Assembly (NCBI RefSeq): GCF_001306055.1
Contig: NZ_LGHJ01000015.1
Location: 90,001 to 122,000 of the forward strand
Direction: 5' to 3'
DNA length: 32,000 nucleotides
Origin: Bellilinea caldifistulae
GTDB lineage: Bacteria; Chloroflexota; Anaerolineae; Anaerolineales; Anaerolineaceae
Positions 24,070-30,704 of the stretch are shown piece by piece. Made by a program: the position numbers and the translations under genes. Below the pieces are notes generated by a model. The model saw only the letters and a list, made by a program, of their open reading frames with translations. It was not told the DNA's origin and ran no database searches. The first letter of the stretch is position 1. Each line of letters opens with the position of its first letter.

Positions 24070-24792
24070 ATGACCGAATTACTTTACGCTACCGACAGTT
24101 ACCTGAAATCTTTTGAATGCCGCGTGCAAAGCGTGGATGAAACCAGCCGGGCGGTGTTGCTCGACCGTACCGCTTTCTACCCCGGCGGAGGCGGCCAGCC
24201 GTGCGACATGGGGCTTTTGAAGGCTGTAAACGGTCAGGTCTGGCCGGTCACCCGTGTGAAAAAAACACCGGATGGCATCTGGCACACGCTGGGCGGGGAA
24301 GCCGGCCTGCCGCAGCCCGGCGATGCTCTGCATGGCGAACTGGATTGGGAGCGGCGCTACGCCCTGATGCGTACCCACACCGCGCTGCACATCCTCTGTG
24401 GGGTGGTCTTTCGCGATTACGGCGCCCTGGTCACCGGCGGCGAAATGGAGCCGCTCAAAGGGCGGATGGACTTTGAGTTTGAAACCCTGACACACGAGCG
24501 GATTACCGAAATTGAGGAGGCCGTCAACCGCGAGGTGCAGGCTGCCCGGCCGATCCGTGTGCAGATTTTGCCGCGCGAAACGGCTTTTCAGATTCCCGAC
24601 CTGATCCGCACCAAAATTAACCTGCTGCCGCCGGAGATTCGGGAAATCCGCACGGTGGAAATTGTCGGGCTGGATTTACAGGCCGACGGCGGGACGCATG
24701 TTGCCAATACCGCTGAGGTTGGCCGCATCCGTGTGGTGGATTACAAAAGCAAAGGCAAGATCAACAAGCGCATCTATATTGAAATGGGTTAA
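24070..24792 (+). CDS. alaX: AlaX-type alanyl-tRNA editing (threonyl/alanyl-tRNA synthetase second additional domain) protein
   Basis: HxxxH motif MRTHTALHILCG, a C-terminal GGTHV block and a length of about 240 aa, typical for AlaX-M-like proteins. Confidence 0.8.
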   Translation: MTELLYATDSYLKSFECRVQSVDETSRAVLLDRTAFYPGGGGQPCDMGLLKAVNGQVWPVTRVKKTPDGIWHTLGGEAGLPQPGDALHGELDWERRYALMRTHTALHILCGVVFRDYGALVTGGEMEPLKGRMDFEFETLTHERITEIEEAVNREVQAARPIRVQILPRETAFQIPDLIRTKINLLPPEIREIRTVEIVGLDLQADGGTHVANTAEVGRIRVVDYKSKGKINKRIYIEMG

Positions 24793-24798
24793 ATTCAC

Positions 24799-24827
24799 TT
24801 GACATTAGAACATATATTCTATAAAAT
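24799..24827 (+). promoter_or_regulatory. sigma70-like promoter placed for a leaderless LuxR-type mRNA
   Basis: TTGACA (24799-24804), 17-nt spacer, TAAAAT (24822-24827). Only 6 nt separate the -10 from ATG 24834, and there is no SD. Confidence 0.5.
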
Positions 24828-24833
24828 AAGATT

Positions 24834-25238
24834 ATGAACCTCTGGAAGCGCCTGTTGAACCTTTTCAGGGAGGAGGCAGAGCAGCAGCGCACCTTCGCTC
24901 TGGATGCCCGGCTGGAACAGTCCCTGCGCCAACTGGCCGATCAGGAAAAACGCCCGCCGGAGGAGATCCTGCAAACGCTGATCGAGGCCGGCTTGCAGTA
25001 TCGCCGTCAGAGTGAGGAGGCCTGGCAGTGCTGGAAGCTGCTCACCCCGCGCGAGCAGGAAGTTGCCGCGCTGGTGTGCCTGGGCTACACCAACCGTCAG
25101 ATTGCCGCCCGGCTGGGGGTTACGCCGGATACCGTCAAAACCCACATGCGCAACCTGCTGGTCAAGTTCAACCTGCACCAGCGCCGGGAGCTGCGCGAAC
25201 GACTGGCCGGTTGGGATTTCAGCGCGTGGGAGCGCTGA
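24834..25238 (+). CDS. LuxR/GerE-family HTH regulator (no receiver domain)
   Basis: C-terminal LTPREQEVAALVCLGYTNRQIAARLGVTPDTVKTHMRNLLVKFNL. The N-terminal ~70 aa are helical and charged, with no recognisable sensor domain. Confidence 0.85.
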   Translation: MNLWKRLLNLFREEAEQQRTFALDARLEQSLRQLADQEKRPPEEILQTLIEAGLQYRRQSEEAWQCWKLLTPREQEVAALVCLGYTNRQIAARLGVTPDTVKTHMRNLLVKFNLHQRRELRERLAGWDFSAWER

Positions 25239-25243
25239 GAAGG

Positions 25244-26050
25244 ATGGCTGAATCTCTCTCGGCGTTTTTGATTGCCGTTCCCATCGCCGTGCTGGGCGGG
25301 CTGATCGGTCTGGGCGGGGCTGAGTTCCGGCTGCCGGTGCTGGTCGGGTTGCTGCGGCGCAGCGCCCACCAGGCCGTGCCGATCAATCTGGCGGTCAGCC
25401 TGGTTACGCTGCTGGTCTCGCTGATGGTGCGCTTGCGTACCCTGCCGGCTCTGCCGCTCGAGTCGCTGGTCTTGATTCTGATTGCGATGATCGGCGGGGC
25501 GATGTTGACGGCTTTTCTCGGCGCCGGGTTGACCGCCCGCCTTACGCCCCATGCACTGGAAAGCTGGATGCGTCTGCTGTTGACCGCCATCGGCCTGCTG
25601 CTGATTGTGGAGGGTTTCTTTCCGCTTTCCGAAGCCGGGCTGGTGGGTAATGCCGCTTGGGCGCAGGCGTTAACCGGCTTTGCAGCCGGCTGCCTGATCG
25701 GCGTGGTCAGCAGTACGCTGGGTGTGGCCGGCGGAGAGCTGATCATCCCTACCCTCATTTTCATTTTTGGCGTGGGTGTCAAAACCGCCGGCAGTGCCAG
25801 CCTGATCATCAGCCTGCCCACGGTGATGGTGGGGTTGGCGCGTTACGCCCGCAAGGGCTTGTGGTTCAGCCGCTCGGAAGGGGTAAGCATTGTCCTGCCG
25901 ATGGGTCTTGGCTCGGTGATCGGTTCCATCCTCGGCGGTGTGCTGGCGGGGGTTGTGCCGGCCAATACCTTGAAGGTAATTCTGGGGCTGGTGTTGATCG
26001 TTTCCGCGTTGCGCATGTTCCATTGGAAGAACTCCGCCCGGGGCGGTTAA
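25244..26050 (+). CDS. TSUP (TauE/SafE) family anion permease
   Basis: Two-repeat polytopic protein with GLIGLGGAEFRLPVLV and GVAGGELIIPTLIF signatures. I take ATG 25244 as the start. The longer ORF from 25028 overlaps the LuxR gene out of frame and reads as Arg/Pro/Ala-rich shadow sequence. Confidence 0.85.
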   Translation: MAESLSAFLIAVPIAVLGGLIGLGGAEFRLPVLVGLLRRSAHQAVPINLAVSLVTLLVSLMVRLRTLPALPLESLVLILIAMIGGAMLTAFLGAGLTARLTPHALESWMRLLLTAIGLLLIVEGFFPLSEAGLVGNAAWAQALTGFAAGCLIGVVSSTLGVAGGELIIPTLIFIFGVGVKTAGSASLIISLPTVMVGLARYARKGLWFSRSEGVSIVLPMGLGSVIGSILGGVLAGVVPANTLKVILGLVLIVSALRMFHWKNSARGG

Positions 26051-28374
26051 TGCCGCGCTCCCCGCAGCCAGATGGCGCGCCCGTCGCTGATCCACTCCGT
26101 GCGCCCGTGGTCGGCGGTTGAAATCATCCCATCCCCTTCCGCCTGTGGGCTTTGCAGGAGAATCACGGCCGGATTGAGCGAGCGCCACTCGTCCAGCGGT
26201 GCATCCTTGCCATCCAGGCTGCCCAGCAGCAGGCTGGCACCATTCACCAGCGGGCTGGCCGCGCGCAGCACTGCCGGGCTAAAACCGTTCGGCATCAGCA
26301 GACGGGCATCGCGGTACTCAATCAGCAGGGCGGCTCTTTCACCGTCGCTTTGCAGCACATACAGAATCAGGTCATGATCGAGTTGCAGGCGGTCTCCGGC
26401 TGCAAGCTGTTGTTGAGGGGTGTGCGTCAGGCTGAGGGTTTGATGGAGGCGGCTGGCGGTGCGGCTGGCAGGCGGTTCCACCGCCCAGTACAGGCTGCTG
26501 CAAGGCAAGCGTTCGAGAGCGGCCGGCATTCCCTCCAGCAGGCTGGCCTGCCGGAAAGGCAGCACCGCCGCATCCAACCGGCGGGAAAAGGGGCCGGTTT
26601 CGCGTCCCAATGCCCCCGCCAGGCTATTGGCCTGAGGGGCGCTGCCCAGTAAAATTTGCCGCCCGGCAGGTGTGCGCAACAGAACCGCCTGTCCGTTGGG
26701 TAGATGCGGGAGGATGACATGCAGTTTACCGTCCGGTCGGCGCAGGGCTGCTCCCCAGACCAGCAGGGTCAGTATGCCCAATCCGCCCAGCACCAGCGAG
26801 GGTTTGAGTGCGGAGCGCAGCCGGTCGAGCCAGCGAATGGGATGGGCCGGGTTGATTTTGATCAAGGCCGTGAAGCCAAACAAAAGGGCGTACAGGCCAA
26901 CGGCCATCCCCCAGCCGGCCGCACCGAAATCCAGCGTCCCGCCGCGCAGGGCAGCCAGCACCTCGACGATGCGGATGGTCAGCGCTGCGAAGGGGTAAGT
27001 CAGCCAGCCGAGCACCTGACCGGCCGGCAGCCAGAGCATACCGGCAATCAGCGCCAGCCCGCTCAACTGCATCACCAGCGGCTGCACCGGCAGGATGAGG
27101 GGGTTGGCCAGCAGCGCCGAAAGCGAAATCCGCCCGAACTGTGCCAGCACAACCGGCAGGGTGGTCAGCTGGGCAGCCAGGGTGAAGAGAAAGTACTCGG
27201 AAACCGGCGGGGCAATCCGCCGGGCAAGTGAGGGCGAATAACGCCGGGTCAGCCAGCCTTCAAAGGTGTGCTGGAGCGGCTCGGCGTAGAGAATCAGCCC
27301 CAGTGTGGCGGCGAAGGAAAGTTGAAAGGAGGCATCCCACGGCAGCCACGGGTTGAAGGCGGTCATCGCTGCTGCGCTGAAGGCCAGCGGGGTCAGCCCG
27401 GCTGACCTGCGCCCAATCAGCCGCCCGAACAGCGCCAGGCTGCTCATCACAGCGGCGCGCACCACTGCCGGGTTAGCCCCCACCAGCAGGGTGTAGAATG
27501 TGATTGCCAGGGCCGCGCTGGCAGATGCCCAGCCGCGCGGCAAAAACCGCCCGAACAAGGCCAGAAACAGGCCGCTGAGCACCGTCATGTTAAAGCCGGA
27601 GATGGCGATGATGTGGGCGGTGCCGGTATCCTGAAAGGCACGCGTCAGCCCGACCGGCAGGTCGCGTTCCAGACCGAGCAGGATACCGCTCAGCAGGGCG
27701 GCTTCCGGCTGGGGAAAGAGCTGGTTGAGAGTCCGGTAAGCAAAGCGGCGCAGGGAGTACACGGCTTGCAGCAGCGGGCTGCCGGCCTGCCCGGTCTGAA
27801 CTTCGACAAACGGGTAAGTCAGGTAGGTGTAGATGCCTTTGCGCGCCAGATAAGCGCGGTAGGAAAAGGTCTCATCCTCCGGCGGGGTTGCCGGACTGCC
27901 CCACACCCGCACACGCTGACCGTAGCGCCAGTCGCCGCCGGGCGACAGACGCAGCACGGCGCGCCCGCTGACTTTTAGTGGCGAGCCGCTGCCTTGCAAG
28001 CGAAGCGAACTGACCTGCACGGTCAGCAGCACGGCGTTTTCACGTCGGTCGGGGTCGCTGGCAATCCAGCCGCTCAGTTCGGCTTTCCCAAGGTCGTTGT
28101 AGAAAGCCAGATCGGCGGGGCTAAAATGCGGCTGGGCGATCTGCCAGCGCCATGCTCCCAGCAGCAGGGCAGTCAAAATCACCCCGGCCGGCAGGGGTAA
28201 AAACCAGCGCAGCCTGGCCCAGCCGGAAAAGCGGCGGGTGAGCCGGCCTTCCAGCAAAGCCAACCCCGTGCTGGCGGCAGCGGCGGTCAGCCAGAAGGCG
28301 GCCGGCAGGCGCAGGATGGCGCTCAGCCCAACCCCGCTTAGAAAGGCAGCCGAAAGCCACAACAGCGGCGGCAC
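26047..28374 (-). CDS. comEC: ComEC/Rec2-family DNA internalisation channel protein with a degenerate metallo-beta-lactamase domain
   Basis: N-terminal OB-like (DUF4131) region, competence-domain TM core with GTAHIIAISGFNMTVL, and a C-terminal ~226 aa domain collinear with the ComEC MBL domain but lacking its His/Asp motifs. Confidence 0.85.
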   Translation of the reverse strand: MPPLLWLSAAFLSGVGLSAILRLPAAFWLTAAAASTGLALLEGRLTRRFSGWARLRWFLPLPAGVILTALLLGAWRWQIAQPHFSPADLAFYNDLGKAELSGWIASDPDRRENAVLLTVQVSSLRLQGSGSPLKVSGRAVLRLSPGGDWRYGQRVRVWGSPATPPEDETFSYRAYLARKGIYTYLTYPFVEVQTGQAGSPLLQAVYSLRRFAYRTLNQLFPQPEAALLSGILLGLERDLPVGLTRAFQDTGTAHIIAISGFNMTVLSGLFLALFGRFLPRGWASASAALAITFYTLLVGANPAVVRAAVMSSLALFGRLIGRRSAGLTPLAFSAAAMTAFNPWLPWDASFQLSFAATLGLILYAEPLQHTFEGWLTRRYSPSLARRIAPPVSEYFLFTLAAQLTTLPVVLAQFGRISLSALLANPLILPVQPLVMQLSGLALIAGMLWLPAGQVLGWLTYPFAALTIRIVEVLAALRGGTLDFGAAGWGMAVGLYALLFGFTALIKINPAHPIRWLDRLRSALKPSLVLGGLGILTLLVWGAALRRPDGKLHVILPHLPNGQAVLLRTPAGRQILLGSAPQANSLAGALGRETGPFSRRLDAAVLPFRQASLLEGMPAALERLPCSSLYWAVEPPASRTASRLHQTLSLTHTPQQQLAAGDRLQLDHDLILYVLQSDGERAALLIEYRDARLLMPNGFSPAVLRAASPLVNGASLLLGSLDGKDAPLDEWRSLNPAVILLQSPQAEGDGMISTADHGRTEWISDGRAIWLRGARH

Positions 28375-28380
28375 GGCGGC

Positions 28381-28989
28381 TCACTCCGGCGGCGGGAACA
28401 GACGCGGCAGAAAGGCCGGTGTGCGGCGGCGGTATTCGGCGTAGGCATCGCCGAATTCGTCCAGCAGCTTATCCTCTTCAAAGCGTGAACCGATAATAAA
28501 GTACAGGGTTACCCCCAGATTCAACGCCAGCAGATTCCAGCTCATCACCGGCATCAGCCACAGAAACAAGAGCGAGCAGGTGTAGAGAGGGTGGCGCACC
28601 CAGCGGTACAAACCGTTGGTTACAAAATGCGGCGGGCGCTGCAGGGCGGTTGCATCCAGCGCGGTATCCAGTCCAATGAAACGCATTGCCCCGGTTTGGG
28701 AAACGCCGTAAACAAGCCCGATCAAACCGGCCAATTGAAGCAAACCGGTCAGTATGAACCATGGGAAGGGAATGGTGTAAATCACCCGGTCGGGCAGCAG
28801 GGCAGTGAGCACCAGCGGCGGCAACAGAGTAACGCCGCCCAACACGGAGAAAATCAGCCGGTAGTAGCGGCGGATGCGCTCCCCAAAGCGTGCTTCGGCG
28901 TAGCGTTTAACGCGGCGGGAGGCCAGCAGCGAATGGAGCGCCCCGTAGAGCGCCATGGCGAGCAAAATCAACCAAAATCCGGCGGTCAT
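28381..28989 (-). CDS. ICMT/PEMT-like membrane methyltransferase family protein
   Basis: Five hydrophobic segments. The C-terminal signature FVTNGLYRWVRHPLYTCSLLFLW...EEDKLLDEFGDAYAEYRRRTPAFLP fits isoprenylcysteine carboxyl methyltransferase-like proteins. It ends 6 nt upstream of the comEC start. Confidence 0.8.
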   Translation of the reverse strand: MTAGFWLILLAMALYGALHSLLASRRVKRYAEARFGERIRRYYRLIFSVLGGVTLLPPLVLTALLPDRVIYTIPFPWFILTGLLQLAGLIGLVYGVSQTGAMRFIGLDTALDATALQRPPHFVTNGLYRWVRHPLYTCSLLFLWLMPVMSWNLLALNLGVTLYFIIGSRFEEDKLLDEFGDAYAEYRRRTPAFLPRLFPPPE

Positions 28990-29196
28990 CTTTTCTATTT
29001 TATCCCGGAATGTTTTTTAGATGCCTCCAATTTGGGATGAAGAATTCCAGTGAGGTGCAGGAGGTTGCCCTTTCAAACGCGGTGATCCTCTGGAAGGTGA
29101 AAATGATTTTGTTGCATCTTTGGATGCTTTAAGCAAAGACCAGAGGGGCTTGAATAAGGTTTTTGTTAGTGCCTTTGGGGTGTGCAGGCGGGGTGG

Positions 29197-29280
29197 GGAT
29201 TCCTCGCTTCGCTCAGAATGATATTAACCGGTTTTCGTCACCGCGAGCCACCGCAGGCGGCGTGGCGGTCTCCCGATTCC
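29197..29280. repeat. Short intergenic repeat element (two diverged inverted copies of a GAGCGAAGCGAGGAATC-type motif)
   Basis: GGATTCCTCGCTTCGCTCAGAATGAT (29197-29222) and GTCACCGCGAGCCACCGCAGGCGGCGTGGCGGTCTCCCGATTCC (29237-29280). Both resemble a motif I recall as dispersed in many bacterial genomes, where it is often mis-translated as ...SEAKNL.../...FASLRMT... peptides. This rests on recollection only. Confidence 0.4.
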
Positions 29281-29352
29281 CCCACTGCGCGGGCAAGGTT
29301 CGGCGAGTTTCAGGGTGACGGGTTGCGCGTGTTCGCGTTAAAATTAACCTCG

Positions 29353-30105
29353 ATGAAGGACATACCAGCAGGCGGGTATCTTGGGTTGGATGGCTGCCGG
29401 GCCGGCTGGGTGGTGGCACAAATCGGCCGACTACCCGGTGAGGTAAGCCTGGAGGTGTTTTCCTCATTTGAGGCAGCCCTGGCTGCTCACCCCGGTTGTC
29501 TGGAGAGTTGGGTGGACATCCCCATCGGTTTGAGCGGGGGAGATGTGGTGCGCCAATTGGACACTGCCATGCGGGCGGCGCTGAAAAGCCGCAAGAGCAG
29601 CGTATTTCCGGCGCCTTGCCGGGCAGCGCTGACGGCCGAAACCTACCGGCAGGCGTGCCAGATCGAATTAAGCCGCTATTCCCGCTCCCTCTCCGTGCAG
29701 GCTTATCATCTGATTCCTAAAATTCGGCAGGTGGATTGGTTCTTACAGGCCCACCCGACGTGGGGCGGGCGGGTGTTTGAGTCTCACCCGGAATTGTGCT
29801 TTCAACGACTGAACGGGGATAGACCCTTACGCTACTCCAAAAAGGAAGCCGCTGGATGGGAGGAACGCGCTGCGATACTGGAAGAATGGCTGCCCGATGC
29901 GCGCAGGGCGGCGCTGGCTTTTCTTTGCGAAACGCGCCGCGCTCAGGTACAGCCGGATGATGTGCTGGATGCGCTGGTGTTGGGGGTGGCTGCCATGCTC
30001 AATCAAGGCCGCCGCGATGCCTTTTTACATCAGCCGGAGGAATATGACTCGGCTGGGGTTGCCTTGCGGATTGCTTGCCCACCGCCGCTTTCCGGCGAGG
30101 TGTAA
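29353..30105 (+). CDS. DUF429-family protein (predicted RNase H-like fold)
   Basis: The N-terminus YLGLDGCRAGWVVA is typical of DUF429. I prefer ATG 29353. The ORF opens at 29182, but that extension is the repeat element. Confidence 0.75.
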   Translation: MKDIPAGGYLGLDGCRAGWVVAQIGRLPGEVSLEVFSSFEAALAAHPGCLESWVDIPIGLSGGDVVRQLDTAMRAALKSRKSSVFPAPCRAALTAETYRQACQIELSRYSRSLSVQAYHLIPKIRQVDWFLQAHPTWGGRVFESHPELCFQRLNGDRPLRYSKKEAAGWEERAAILEEWLPDARRAALAFLCETRRAQVQPDDVLDALVLGVAAMLNQGRRDAFLHQPEEYDSAGVALRIACPPPLSGEV

Positions 30106-30107
30106 CC

Positions 30108-30602
30108 ATGAAAGTGCGCTTTTTCCTGATCATGGGTGTGGCTGGTTGTGGTAAGACGACGGTCGGTAGAGCGCTGGCCGGGCGGCTGGGCTGGGCGTTT
30201 TACGATGCGGACGACTTTCACCCCCCGGAGAACGTTGCCAAAATGTCGTCCGGTATCCCGTTGACGGATCAAGACCGTGCCGGCTGGCTGGAGAAGCTGC
30301 ATCGGTTGATTGTGGATTGTCTGGAAAACCACCGTCCGGCGGTGCTGGCCTGCTCTGCCCTGAAAGAGGCTTATCGTCAGACGTTGTTGAGAGGAACGGA
30401 GGGGGTGTGTCTGGTCTATTTACGGGCCGGCTATGATCTGTGCCGTCAGCGGCTGGCGGCGCGCACCGGGCATTACATGCCGGTCAGCCTGCTGGCAAGC
30501 CAGTTTGCAACGCTGGAAGAACCATCTGACGCGCTGGTGGTGGATGCCGGGCTGAGCGTGGAGGAGATTGTGGAACAAATTCTCTCCCGTTCAGCCGCGT
30601 GA
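30108..30602 (+). CDS. gntK: Gluconokinase
   Basis: MGVAGCGKTTVGRALAGRLGWAFYDADDFHPPENVAKMSSGIPLTDQDRAGWL is closely collinear with the GntK/IdnK N-terminus. About 165 aa. ATG 30108 lies 2 nt after the upstream stop. Confidence 0.88.
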   Translation: MKVRFFLIMGVAGCGKTTVGRALAGRLGWAFYDADDFHPPENVAKMSSGIPLTDQDRAGWLEKLHRLIVDCLENHRPAVLACSALKEAYRQTLLRGTEGVCLVYLRAGYDLCRQRLAARTGHYMPVSLLASQFATLEEPSDALVVDAGLSVEEIVEQILSRSAA

Positions 30603-30630
30603 GGCTGCGGCTTCATTCACAGGATCCAGC

Positions 30631-30681
30631 CAGAAAAGCACAACCGGCAGAAGGACGGTTAACCTTCCCTACTGCCGGTTG
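30631..30681 (-). terminator. Intrinsic terminator between convergent genes (best fit on the minus strand)
   Basis: 10-bp perfect arms CAACCGGCAG (30641-30650) / CTGCCGGTTG (30672-30681) with an inner AAGG/CCTT extension. On the minus strand the hairpin is followed by TGCTTTTCTG. Confidence 0.6.
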
Positions 30682-30704
30682 GGGGGTGTTAAGTTCGGCT
30701 GGGC

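Noticed and set aside
23039-24073. ORF 23075..24073 is in the same frame as the PA14 gene and separated from it by a single TAA with no other stop. This raised the idea of stop-codon read-through or a sequencing error splitting one giant protein.
   Set aside because: The downstream translation is Ala/Gly/Arg-rich nonsense-like sequence. The overlapping frame 23118..24047 encodes a polytopic protein with clear CPBP motifs, so the open frame is best explained by GC-richness.
25028-25243. An N-terminal 72-codon extension of the TSUP permease ORF, overlapping the LuxR-type gene.
   Set aside because: The extension reads as Pro/Arg/Ala-rich shadow sequence. The LuxR frame has a clean GerE HTH. ATG 25244 gives a normal TSUP N-terminus 5 nt after the LuxR stop.
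29046-29141. A 31-codon ORF (MKNSSEVQEVALSNAVILWKVKMILLHLWML) and a small GCATC-TTTG-GATGC hairpin in the large gap upstream of the DUF429 gene.
   Set aside because: There is no convincing SD or promoter. The hairpin has only 5 bp. Nothing distinguishes these from chance features in a 363-nt spacer.
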